Positions 1 through 8,662 of a stretch of DNA of 25,672 bases are shown here, in pieces. Origin of the DNA: an uncultured archaeon (GTDB taxonomy: Archaea; Asgardarchaeota; Thorarchaeia; Thorarchaeales; Thorarchaeaceae); assembly GCA_964631415.1 (NCBI GenBank), contig CAZVZC010000032.1, positions 1 to 25,672 on the forward strand, in the 5' to 3' direction. Position numbers and translations under genes: made by a program. Every line of letters starts with the position of its first letter. Positions within the stretch are counted from its first letter, which is position 1. Below the pieces are notes generated by a model that was given only the letters and a program-made list of their open reading frames with translations, ran no database searches and had not been told where the DNA came from.

Positions 1-265
1 CTGATAGTGCTTTCAACCATCACGCCTTGCTCCTTTTCCATCTAGACCAAAATCTCGAAAGCTCTCTCCCGGGGGCGTCAGCTTCTGCCAAGCCGTGTAA
101 TAGATGTTTCGAGTTGATGGCATTCCCGAGGCCCTAACTAAGCGATTATTCTACAAGCATATAATAGTTTGGGATGGTGTGTACAGGCCTCAAGCCCCAG
201 ATTATCCGAGGAATTGCAGGCAGACAAAGTCAAACAATGAAGTCCCGAAACGAAGATAGGCCACC

Positions 266-1129
266 GTGTCCGCTGACAATAGAGAGCGAATGACCATGCC
301 GGGAACAAAAGTGTCGGCGCGGAAACCCGTAACTCCAGATCGAAAACAGTATCATATAGAGGTCAAGGAAGGCGATGTCGCCCAGACAGTGATACTCCCC
401 GGTGATCCTCAACGGGTGGAGAGAATCAGTGCCCGTTGGGACTCCTTCCGGACCACAGGCATGCACAGGCAATTCGTCACTCATACTGGGGTGTACAAGG
501 GTGTTCCGATCTCGGCCTGCTCTACAGGTATTGGCGGGCCGGGCACGGCAATCGTCATTGAAGAGCTCGCCAACGTGGGTGCTCGTGACTTCATCAGAGT
601 GGGTTCGTGCGCCACACTGAAGAAGGAGATTCAGATTGGAGACCTAATCATATCTACTGGCGCAGTCAGACTGGACGGAACAAGTAAGCAGTACATCCGC
701 CCGGAGTATCCTGCAGTGCCCTCGTACGAGATTGTTCTCGCCTTGATAGAGGCCGCAGAAACCTTGGGTGTAAAGTACCATCTTGGAATCGCTGCATCGA
801 CCGACTCGTTCTATCTGGGTCAGTCAAGGCCCGGTTTCGGTGGTTACGAGCAAGAGTGGAGTGCAGGCCTCATAGGAGAACTGCAGAAGGCGAACGTGAT
901 GAGCTTCGAGATGGAAGCCGCCACTCTGTTCACTCTGGCATCAATCTATGGCTTCAGAGCGGGAGCCGTGTGTGCCGTCTATGCAAACCGAGTCGCCGAC
1001 GAGTTTGCAGTGAGAGGCGAAGATGCCGTCATTGACTGTGGCAATGAGGCCGCGAAGATCCTCGCTGACATGGACGCTCAGAAGACAAGAAAAGGCAAGA
1101 AAACTTGGTCAAGAGCTGTCTTGAGCTAA
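266..1129 (+). CDS. udp: Uridine phosphorylase (PNP/UDP family 1); true start may be ATG 290 or 296
   Basis: Family motifs YHI, ILPGDPQRV, STGIGGP, IRVGSC, GAVRLDGTS, DSFYLGQ and FEMEAA. Confidence 0.9.
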   Translation: MSADNRERMTMPGTKVSARKPVTPDRKQYHIEVKEGDVAQTVILPGDPQRVERISARWDSFRTTGMHRQFVTHTGVYKGVPISACSTGIGGPGTAIVIEELANVGARDFIRVGSCATLKKEIQIGDLIISTGAVRLDGTSKQYIRPEYPAVPSYEIVLALIEAAETLGVKYHLGIAASTDSFYLGQSRPGFGGYEQEWSAGLIGELQKANVMSFEMEAATLFTLASIYGFRAGAVCAVYANRVADEFAVRGEDAVIDCGNEAAKILADMDAQKTRKGKKTWSRAVLS

Positions 1130-1143
1130 AACGAGAGGCGTCG

Positions 1144-2961
1144 CTACATCTTGCCTACATAGTAGTACTCGCCAATCGCCTTCTGCTGGGAGTCGAGTTG
1201 TGAGCCATCCTTATTGACACGAGGACGTCCGGTCTGGGGATCGCGGCGAAACGTCACGCCCATCTGCTTCAGGAAGCTGTTCATGCCTGCCCTCAGGGTC
1301 ACTACTGAAGAGGCGCGACCAGACTTCCCGGGAATCCCATCAAACACCACAAGGTTGTCACTCAGATAGTCAGCCATGAGAAGGGAGTGCTCAACCACGA
1401 ATGCTGTCCTCATGCGGGTCTGAGTGATGCGGCGGATGGCACGTGAACAAGCCAATCGTTGCTCTACGTCCAAGAAAGCAGACGGCTCGTCGAGCAGATA
1501 GATGTCAGCATCGCGGGCAAGACAAGCGGCAATCGCCGCTCGCTGAAGCTCACCACCACTCAATTCAGACACTGCATGGTCCATGAGAAACTCGAGTTCC
1601 AGCTTCTTGATGACAGTTGTCTTGAACTCCGCAGTCTCTATGAACTCGCCACCCGCCTCACGAAGGTAAAGACGAACAGGGCTGTCAACATCACTACTCA
1701 GGTACTGCGGTTTGTAGCTCACCTTCAGATCAGTCCCAAGCAAGGTCTTCTTGGGTGCTTGGCCTTCATCCGGCTCAAGCTGCCCAGCGAGCATGCGAAC
1801 GAAGGTGGTCTTTCCGATACCATTCGGACCTAAGATGCCAATGACCTGCCCCCTCGTGACACTTCCGCCAGTAACATGGAGCTCGAAGCCCTCGAACCTC
1901 TTTGTCATGTTACCATACTCAAGGAGCTTTTCAGCACCAGCCCAAGTGACATCCTCAGTGGTCTGGCCCTTGAATGATATCACTGTGTCACGGAAGCGCA
2001 TGTTCTCATCGGGAATGTAGCCATCTAGGAATATGTTGATACCTACTCTTGTCCCATGTGGATGAGAAACGATACCGTATACTCCCGGGCTGCCATAGAA
2101 CATGCAGACCAAATCGGAAACGTAGTCCAGTATTGACAGGTCGTGTTCCACCACAATCACTGTCTTTCCAGTATCCGACAGGTGCCTTATTGCACGTGCC
2201 ACACGGAGTCGTTCCCTCACGTCAAGATACGCAGTCGGCTCATCAAAGAAGTAGATGTTCCCATCGCGTACAATGGCAGCTGTGATTGCAGCCCGTTGAA
2301 GCTCACCGCCACTGAGGAACTTGATCGGACGATCCCATATTCCTGTCAGGCTCATGTCTTCCTTGAGCCCTCTGAGCCGGCCTGACGAATCAGCACCCTC
2401 TAGGAGCTCGCTGACCGGACGCTCAGCCAGAGCTTTGACCTTTGGTAGGTCAGTTATGTTCTGCGGCTTGTGAACTGGCACAATGGAACCCGTGCGCATT
2501 TTCTCAAAGAATGGTTGGAGCTCTGAACCTCGATACTGAAGGATTATGTCATCCCATGATGGAGGTGACTGAACACGCCCCAGGTTGGGTTGTAGCTCGC
2601 CCGCCAGTATCTTGACTGTTGTCGTCTTGCCCACGCCGTTCGGTCCTATGAGACCAAGCACCTTGCCTTCCTTCGGTATTGGAAGCCGGAAGAGTTTGAA
2701 TCCATTGACGCCGTATCGATGACTTGTGTCACTCTCGAGCTCTTCGGGCAGATTAACGATACTTATCACGTGATAGGGGCACTTCTTCACGCAGATTGCC
2801 TCTCCAGAGCATAGGGACTCCGTAATCACGGGTGGCTTGTCAGGACCGTCTGGAAACGTGACGGTCTCATCGCCGGTCCTCACCCTTGGACAGAACCTCT
2901 GGCACTCGTGTGTGCAGTCCTTGGGTCTGCATCGCTGCCGGTCTAGTACTGCTACACGCAT
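1144..2961 (-). CDS. rli1: ABCE1/Rli1 ribosome-recycling ATPase
   Basis: N-terminal Fe-S domain (CRPKDCTHECQRFCP...CSGEAICVKKCP), two NBDs (GPNGVGKT, GPNGIGKT; LSGGELQR twice; DEP), ENMRFR hinge, C-terminal TFRRD...GRPRVNK...GEYYY. Confidence 0.97.
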   Translation of the reverse strand: MRVAVLDRQRCRPKDCTHECQRFCPRVRTGDETVTFPDGPDKPPVITESLCSGEAICVKKCPYHVISIVNLPEELESDTSHRYGVNGFKLFRLPIPKEGKVLGLIGPNGVGKTTTVKILAGELQPNLGRVQSPPSWDDIILQYRGSELQPFFEKMRTGSIVPVHKPQNITDLPKVKALAERPVSELLEGADSSGRLRGLKEDMSLTGIWDRPIKFLSGGELQRAAITAAIVRDGNIYFFDEPTAYLDVRERLRVARAIRHLSDTGKTVIVVEHDLSILDYVSDLVCMFYGSPGVYGIVSHPHGTRVGINIFLDGYIPDENMRFRDTVISFKGQTTEDVTWAGAEKLLEYGNMTKRFEGFELHVTGGSVTRGQVIGILGPNGIGKTTFVRMLAGQLEPDEGQAPKKTLLGTDLKVSYKPQYLSSDVDSPVRLYLREAGGEFIETAEFKTTVIKKLELEFLMDHAVSELSGGELQRAAIAACLARDADIYLLDEPSAFLDVEQRLACSRAIRRITQTRMRTAFVVEHSLLMADYLSDNLVVFDGIPGKSGRASSVVTLRAGMNSFLKQMGVTFRRDPQTGRPRVNKDGSQLDSQQKAIGEYYYVGKM

Positions 2962-3091
2962 CTTGGTTTCTCAACACCTAGTTGGAACTATCGTTGGGAC
3001 TCAGAACATGATATTTAGCACTTTGGCTGTGTGAGTGCAACTTTGGAAAGCCTTTTGTGCATTGGCGGGGAGTCCATCTTGGGGCAGACAG

Positions 3092-3337
3092 ATGAAGACG
3101 ATTGACAGGTTCCTTGATATTCTCAGTGGGGCGCGAAGATTGCGCGTTGATGTAGTGACACAACCAAGCGACCTCATGGCCCAAATGAACCTCATACGAG
3201 CCAGGTTGTTTCTGAAGATTACAGGCAAGTCCCTAGGTACCGTTCAGCCCGTGACCACATCAGATGCAGACAAGATCACTGAGGGTCTAGGAAAGGACTT
3301 GTCGCCTTCAAGGCGTCTTGCAAGAAGGGAACTGTAA
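3092..3337 (+). CDS. Small hypothetical protein (81 aa, MKTIDRFLD...)
   Basis: Fills the gap divergent from ABCE1; ATG at 3092 is in frame with the 3035 ORF; no recognisable family. Confidence 0.5.
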   Translation: MKTIDRFLDILSGARRLRVDVVTQPSDLMAQMNLIRARLFLKITGKSLGTVQPVTTSDADKITEGLGKDLSPSRRLARREL

Positions 3338-3364
3338 GAGCCTGTAGTCAAGATTCTAGGCTTG

Positions 3365-3449
3365 GCGACAGAGCCGTCTGATGCAGGTCGTGCATGGCTT
3401 GTCGTACGAGCCCGCGGCTGGGGCTCTAGGTTTCTACCAGAAAGTCTAG
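3365..3449. other. Intergenic cluster of three consecutive hairpins (candidate structured RNA)
   Basis: CGACA-G-AGCC/GGCT-TGTCG with inner ATGCA/TGCAT (3366-3404); GAGCCC/GGGCTC (3408-3426); TAGGTTTCT/AGAAAGTCTA (3427-3448). Confidence 0.4.
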
Positions 3450-3453
3450 CTAG

Positions 3454-3870
3454 GTGGGTAGCAGCTTGACACCATTTGTGTGCAACCATGCAGGTGCGTG
3501 TGACGGGGTCAAGGCGTGCTGCGTAGAAACCGAGATGACATTGACCAAGTCTGACGTCGAACGTCTGGAAACCGCGGGTCACTCAAAGGAGAACTTCTTG
3601 ATCAGAACAACCGACGGTTTCTACCAGCTAAGGAATGTCGAAGATCACTGCTACTTCTATGACCCACAAAAGAAGACATGCACGGTCTATGCGTCGCGGC
3701 CCGATGGATGCAGATTTTACCCCATCATATACGATGCCCGCAGGCATAGGTGCATAGTTGACAAGGACTGTCCGTCTAGAACAACTGTCACTCCGCAGGA
3801 GATACGCAAAGCCTGTCGTGATATTCGCGCTCTGGTGGAACGACTCATTGAGGAGGCACAGGAGCATTAG
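3454..3870 (+). CDS. YkgJ-family (CxxCxxCC) cysteine-cluster protein
   Basis: C...C...CC, then CYFYD, CTVYASRPDGCRFYP and a terminal CP. Confidence 0.85.
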   Translation: MGSSLTPFVCNHAGACDGVKACCVETEMTLTKSDVERLETAGHSKENFLIRTTDGFYQLRNVEDHCYFYDPQKKTCTVYASRPDGCRFYPIIYDARRHRCIVDKDCPSRTTVTPQEIRKACRDIRALVERLIEEAQEH

Positions 3871-4741
3871 GACTCTTGCCGACCTCCATCTGCACTCCAA
3901 GCTGTCAGACGGTCTGCAAGCACCGAGTCGCCTTGTTGCGATGGCCGCAGGCATAAACCTTGGAGGCATCGCTCTCACCGACCATGACACCTTGGATGGC
4001 CTTCTGGAGTTTATGACAACTGATGGACCTGCGTGGCTAGTTCGAGTACCCGGCGTTGAGATAAGCACCTACTACAAGGGAAGAGAAACCCACATTCTTG
4101 GCTATTTCGTGCCGGAGCGCACCAAGAAACTCAGGAACCGACTGCTGTATCTCGAAGAGTCAAGAAAAAAGCGATTCCCAAAGATGCTGCGGAAGCTGAA
4201 TGACCTCGGTATCACAATAACCCAAGATGAGATTGAGCCAGTCCTGCGTGGAGTGAAGGCACCTGGGCGCCCTCATCTTGCGCGAGTCCTTGTGATGAAG
4301 GGAATAGTGAAAGACTATGTCGAGGCATTCGACATCTATCTGGGAGAGGGAAAACCTGCATACGTGGAGAGGGACATGATTGACGCCAAAGAAGCAATTG
4401 CGCTTCTTCGCAACGAGGGTGCAGTGCCGGTGCTAGCGCATCCTCTTACGATGGGCTTGGATAACTTGAGAGAAGTCCTCACAGACCTGCGGGAAGCCGG
4501 CCTACTGGGTGTTGAGGTGAAGTATGTCTACGACCACGTCCACATCTCCTTGGACGGGAATCAAGTTCAGGAAACAGCTTGTGGACTCGGACTCATTGAA
4601 ACAGGTGGCAGTGACCATCACGGTGATGAATCGCGATGCCTGATTGGAGAGGTTACGGTTCCTCTGGGAGTTGTTGATGCCCTGAAAGGGGCGTCCAAGG
4701 ACCTTGGCGGAGATGCAGTTCGCGCTTGGGCACGTCCGTGA
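3866..4741 (+). CDS. PHP-domain metallo-phosphoesterase (TrpH/YciV-like); probable non-canonical ATT start
   Basis: DLHLHS, SDG, ALTDHDT, PGVEIS, HILGY, GRPH, VLAHP, TGGSDHHG; GAGGAGG at 3850-3856 precedes in-frame ATT at 3866. Confidence 0.88.
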   Translation: MRTLADLHLHSKLSDGLQAPSRLVAMAAGINLGGIALTDHDTLDGLLEFMTTDGPAWLVRVPGVEISTYYKGRETHILGYFVPERTKKLRNRLLYLEESRKKRFPKMLRKLNDLGITITQDEIEPVLRGVKAPGRPHLARVLVMKGIVKDYVEAFDIYLGEGKPAYVERDMIDAKEAIALLRNEGAVPVLAHPLTMGLDNLREVLTDLREAGLLGVEVKYVYDHVHISLDGNQVQETACGLGLIETGGSDHHGDESRCLIGEVTVPLGVVDALKGASKDLGGDAVRAWARP

Positions 4742-4851
4742 TATGAACGCGTCCCTCAGCATTCAACGATCTTGTATTGCAGAGAGCATCTTCTGCTTAC
4801 ACGGAAGTCATATCAGAAGGCAACTCCTTCCCGGACCACAGTGATCTCATC

Positions 4852-5751
4852 TTGAGAGCGATTGATGCGCATGTGCACACATGGACCCATGACATGCTTA
4901 GCGAGAAAGACATTGAGGCCCGTCGCATTGCAGCTTCAAGGGCAGGGATTCAGCCTCAGCTCGATGCACCCATCAGCAAGCTGAAGGAAGCCATGAAGTC
5001 TGCAGGGATTGAAAGAGCGGTCATAATGCCTATTGACAGCGGCCTCAACCAGAAGATGCCTCTGTCACTCAGAGAGAAGACCAACTGGCACGCAGACGAG
5101 ATTCGCGGCGAAAGGTCACTGATTACATTTGTTGGACTAGACCCGAGGAGAGGTGAGGAAGGGCTAGCAGAGCTCGAGAGAGCTGTCAAGGACAAGGGAT
5201 GCCGGGGCATGAAGATGTACCCGCCGAATGGTTTCTACCCCGACGAGAAACGCTTCTATCCGTACTACAGATTGTGCACAGATCTCAACATTCCTGTAGT
5301 GATTCATCAAGGCTTCACCTCTAGGTTCAAGTATGTCAAGTACGCAAGACCCGTCTACGTGGATAAGATCGCCGCAGACTTCCCGGACCTGAAGATAGTG
5401 CTTGCTCATGTAGGCATTCCTTGGGTGGATGAGGCGTTGATGGTCGCATCCAAGAACCCAAACGTGTCGGTGGACGTTTCAGGATGGCAGGCTGCGGCAT
5501 CCACTGTACCCATGAAAGTGTACCAGATGGTCGCAGATGCAAAGATTGCTCGTGTATTCCCAAACAGGATGCTGTGGGCTAGTGACTTCCCATTGTTCGA
5601 GTATGCCATGCCTATCGGAGAGTGGGTAGGATTCTTCTCAAAGATGAGATTGCCTACCACACTCGTGGACCTTGGCTACTCTCAGATCACAGACAGCGAA
5701 CTTGAACTCTGTATGTGGAAGAACGCATCACACCTCTTCTTTGGTGAATGA
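4852..5751 (+). CDS. Amidohydrolase_2 family metallohydrolase
   Basis: IDAHVH, GMKMYP, PVVIHQG, FPDLKIVLAH, NPNV, LWASDFP; TTG at 4852 follows GTGAT (ORF track starts at 4777). Confidence 0.88.
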   Translation: MRAIDAHVHTWTHDMLSEKDIEARRIAASRAGIQPQLDAPISKLKEAMKSAGIERAVIMPIDSGLNQKMPLSLREKTNWHADEIRGERSLITFVGLDPRRGEEGLAELERAVKDKGCRGMKMYPPNGFYPDEKRFYPYYRLCTDLNIPVVIHQGFTSRFKYVKYARPVYVDKIAADFPDLKIVLAHVGIPWVDEALMVASKNPNVSVDVSGWQAAASTVPMKVYQMVADAKIARVFPNRMLWASDFPLFEYAMPIGEWVGFFSKMRLPTTLVDLGYSQITDSELELCMWKNASHLFFGE

Positions 5752-6302
5752 TAATGGCGACGTTTGTCGTTGACACGATGCTTGGAAAGATGTGCCGCTG
5801 GCTTAGACTGCTGGGCTATGACACAGCATACTCGACCAAGAACGATGACAACCAGCTTCTACAGATAGCTGAAACAGAAGGCAGGGTCCTCCTGACATCG
5901 GACGCAGAGCTCCACAGGAGAGCTCAGGGCAAAGGCATGCTTTGTATACTACTAAGGGGAGATGTCGACGAAGAGATTGCAGCCCTGTTCAGCAGGTTCT
6001 CCATAGACCCCAAGATAGATCCTGCGAAGTCGCGTTGTTCGAAATGCAACGGGCACCTCACAGAGATAAGCGAGGCTGAGAAAGAACGGATTAGGGGGCG
6101 AGTCTTCGAACAGACATACAATCACTATGACAGGTTCTGGCTGTGCACGGACTGCAACAGCGTCTTCTTCCAAGGTGGACACTGGAAGAACATCAACCGT
6201 TACATGGAGCACATACGCTCACTGATGGAGCCCTCCCAGACCTCCGTAAAATCGACCCACGCTACTCCTGACCACCGGGAGACTCGCCCTCGGCCACCTT
6301 GA
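5748..6302 (+). CDS. Mut7-C (PIN-fold) RNase domain protein with Zn ribbon
   Basis: FVVDTMLGKMCRWLRLLGYD, GRVLLTSD, SRCSKCNG, CTDC...QGGHW; ATGA overlap with upstream stop. Confidence 0.9.
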   Translation: MIMATFVVDTMLGKMCRWLRLLGYDTAYSTKNDDNQLLQIAETEGRVLLTSDAELHRRAQGKGMLCILLRGDVDEEIAALFSRFSIDPKIDPAKSRCSKCNGHLTEISEAEKERIRGRVFEQTYNHYDRFWLCTDCNSVFFQGGHWKNINRYMEHIRSLMEPSQTSVKSTHATPDHRETRPRPP

Positions 6303-6735
6303 TATCGTATTCGACAGGTATGCATTCCTTCAACGACCGAGTCAGATGGCAGTACTCCTTCATGAGATCGACGCAGCGCTCGCCAGCATCGAGATCACCT
6401 TGGCCAACAGTGACCTGCCCTGAAACCTTGATGCCCGTGATGCTATAGCCTTGACCATCGAACCGGGAAGTCGCCCTTCCCTGAAGCCGCAAAGAAACCA
6501 GTGCCAGCTCATATCGACGTTGGAAGTCCAAGAAGGTGTTGTTCAGGCAGCCCAGAACCGCAGATACGAATAGCTCATCAGGACATATGCCATTGCCCCT
6601 GCCTCCGTAGCTCTGTGGAGTATCGAATGCCACCTCTCTACCTCCTCCAACTAGTACTATGCCGCCTGTTTCACCGTCCCAGACTGTTTCTGCACTGTAC
6701 TCCGCAACTTCTGGGTAGCGTGATTTGATTCTCAT
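6262..6735 (-). CDS. OsmC/Ohr family protein
   Basis: GG.G...PDELFVSAVLGC and second Cys in EYCHLTRSL; start most likely ATG 6735. Confidence 0.85.
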   Translation of the reverse strand: MRIKSRYPEVAEYSAETVWDGETGGIVLVGGGREVAFDTPQSYGGRGNGICPDELFVSAVLGCLNNTFLDFQRRYELALVSLRLQGRATSRFDGQGYSITGIKVSGQVTVGQGDLDAGERCVDLMKEYCHLTRSLKECIPVEYDIKVAEGESPGGQE

Positions 6736-6760
6736 GCTGAGCCCCTGATGTGCCTTGACT

Positions 6761-6780
6761 CTTAAGTGGTTCATTAAGTG
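6761..6780 (-). promoter_or_regulatory. Putative TATA region of osmC with a TTAAGTG direct repeat
   Basis: CTTAAG lies 26-31 nt upstream of ATG 6735; TTAAGTG occurs at 6762-6768 and 6774-6780. Confidence 0.4.
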
Positions 6781-6959
6781 TTTCGTTGCAGCCCGATGGA
6801 ATCCAAGACAGAACTCTGAGTCAGTCGTATCCTATCCAATCTGCATCAGACTCAAATGTGCTAGTTATTATCTGTGCACAATAGAAACATGCATAGTATG
6901 CTTAGATCCAACATTAACGAAATACAATCTGGTAGTATCGCCAATCGAGGAGAGTCTAG

Positions 6960-7478
6960 TTGATGGCTTCTGACAGGGACGTTATCGCGAAAAGGAAGAG
7001 TATACAGGCCCTCAAGAAGGAGAAACAGCAAGCCCAAAGAAGAGGAACTCAACCGAAGGGGACAGAGCTCACTGATGACGAGAGGGAATTGGTTGCTGTC
7101 ATGGGACAGCTAGGACATCACTATGACGGTCTAGTGATTGTTGTCGAAGGAAGAAGTGATGAAGAGGCGCTACGAACCCTTGGAATCGAAGTTCCTATAG
7201 TGAGGACACAATCAGGGCTCGGCAGACCGGAACTGATAGACAAGATCGCAGATCTTGCGGGCGATACAGGACAGGTTCTAGTAATGACCGATTTCGATCC
7301 CGAAGGCAGAGAACTGTCAAGGTATCTGCAGAGAGAACTTGAAGCCCATAGAATCAAGGTGTTGCGTGAACTGAGACGCAGGATCAGCCGTCTGATGGGT
7401 GGCCGGCGATGTGTCGAGGACCTGACGGCACTGTTCAAGAAAGAGGACTTGCATGGGATGGCAGGTGTGGACACTTGA
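6960..7478 (+). CDS. Small archaeal TOPRIM-domain protein (RNase M5-like)
   Basis: VIVVEGRSD and VLVMTDFDPEGREL TOPRIM motifs. Confidence 0.85.
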   Translation: MMASDRDVIAKRKSIQALKKEKQQAQRRGTQPKGTELTDDERELVAVMGQLGHHYDGLVIVVEGRSDEEALRTLGIEVPIVRTQSGLGRPELIDKIADLAGDTGQVLVMTDFDPEGRELSRYLQRELEAHRIKVLRELRRRISRLMGGRRCVEDLTALFKKEDLHGMAGVDT

Positions 7479-7528
7479 GGGCAGACTGATGCCAGAGATG
7501 TTGGCCCAGAGAGTCGATAGGGCACCTA

Positions 7529-7548
7529 CTTTTGACATCGGCTTTTTT
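7529..7548 (+). terminator. Oligo-T tracts, archaeal-type terminator
   Basis: TTTTT and TTTTTT runs downstream of the TOPRIM gene, between convergent genes. Confidence 0.4.
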
Positions 7549-7555
7549 CACCCTA

Positions 7556-8587
7556 CTAGACTGTGCTGCCGCAGTTCGGGCAGATGAACTTGCCAGCTGG
7601 AATCTCATGTCCGCAGACCCTGCAAGTACGCGCCTTCTGCAGTCTGATGCTGTCAACAACGCGACCCTTCTGGGGTACAAGAATGAACTTGCCTTCCTCG
7701 TAACTAATCCGGAACTCTGAGGGGTTTCCCGCCAGCTGAAGGAGATCAAACGGCATCGGCAGTCGTAGGTTGTTGTCCAGTCGCACAATCCTAGTGCTAT
7801 CGAGCATGTCGAGGTCAATGCCCTCACGGTGGAAACCAGAGATGATGCCATCACGGATTTCAACAGTGATGTCTGCCTTGGACGCCACCTGCTGACTGTG
7901 AGTCACTATGAAGAACGACGTGCCGAGCGTTTCGTTTAGCTCCTGAAAGAGATCGAGGATTCGCTCGGCTGTTTCCGGGTCTAGGTCTCCCGTAGGTTCA
8001 TCACAGAGCACTAGGCCCTTGCCCTTCGTGTCAATAAGGTTCACGAGAGCACTAGCAATGGCTACCCTTGCGCGCTCCCCTCCGCTGAGCGTTGTCGCCT
8101 TGCTGCGCTTGCGCTCCTCAAGACCCACCAGCTTCATCAATCTGTCGACGCGTTCCTGACGGACCTGCCGGGGCACTCCGGATATGCGAGCAGCAAGCTC
8201 CACATTCTGCTCTGCATTCAAGTGAGGAAGCAGATTGTTGATCTGGAAGACGAAGCCGATGAAGCTCCGTCTGGCCTCAGTCAGGACCCTTTCACTGAGC
8301 TTGGTGATGTCAGAGCGAAGATTGGCCCAGTAGACCTTGCCAACCGTTGCCTTCGTGATGCCACCTATGACGTTTGTGAGAGTTGTCTTGCCTGAACCAC
8401 TAGGCCCAACGACACACATTATCTTGCCTTCCAGAATCTGGAGAGAAACGCCGCTGAGAGCCACGACCTCGAGCTCATTCGTCTTATAGATCTTGTAGCA
8501 GTTCTCAACACTGACTACCACGTCCTCTGGGTATTGGCTGAAGAGGTCAAGTTGCTCGGCGCTCGTCACAGTTGTCATGGCAGGCAC
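7556..8587 (-). CDS. LolD/MacB-type ABC ATPase with C-terminal AbrB/SpoVT-like domain and Zn ribbon
   Basis: GPSGSGKT, LSGGE, LCDEPTGDLD, VTH; then IVRLDNNLRLPMP...FILVP and CRVCG...CPNCG. Confidence 0.9.
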   Translation of the reverse strand: MPAMTTVTSAEQLDLFSQYPEDVVVSVENCYKIYKTNELEVVALSGVSLQILEGKIMCVVGPSGSGKTTLTNVIGGITKATVGKVYWANLRSDITKLSERVLTEARRSFIGFVFQINNLLPHLNAEQNVELAARISGVPRQVRQERVDRLMKLVGLEERKRSKATTLSGGERARVAIASALVNLIDTKGKGLVLCDEPTGDLDPETAERILDLFQELNETLGTSFFIVTHSQQVASKADITVEIRDGIISGFHREGIDLDMLDSTRIVRLDNNLRLPMPFDLLQLAGNPSEFRISYEEGKFILVPQKGRVVDSIRLQKARTCRVCGHEIPAGKFICPNCGSTV

Positions 8588-8662
8588 GCTACCTCTCGCC
8601 CCTTTGGTGAATCTGATAAGTCTATTGGGCTACGCATGAAGTATGGTCTCCGTTTTGTGATC

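Noticed and set aside
1-123. Minus-strand short ORF (MPSTRN...RRDG-TGA) or a gene start at 41/20 running off the window
   Set aside because: Too short to identify; no motif, and no evidence that the TGA encodes selenocysteine
3008-3449. In-frame TGA at 3032 plus downstream hairpin as a selenoprotein with SECIS
   Set aside because: The read-through peptide has no redox motif, and the hairpin lacks the tandem G.A quartet and apical AA
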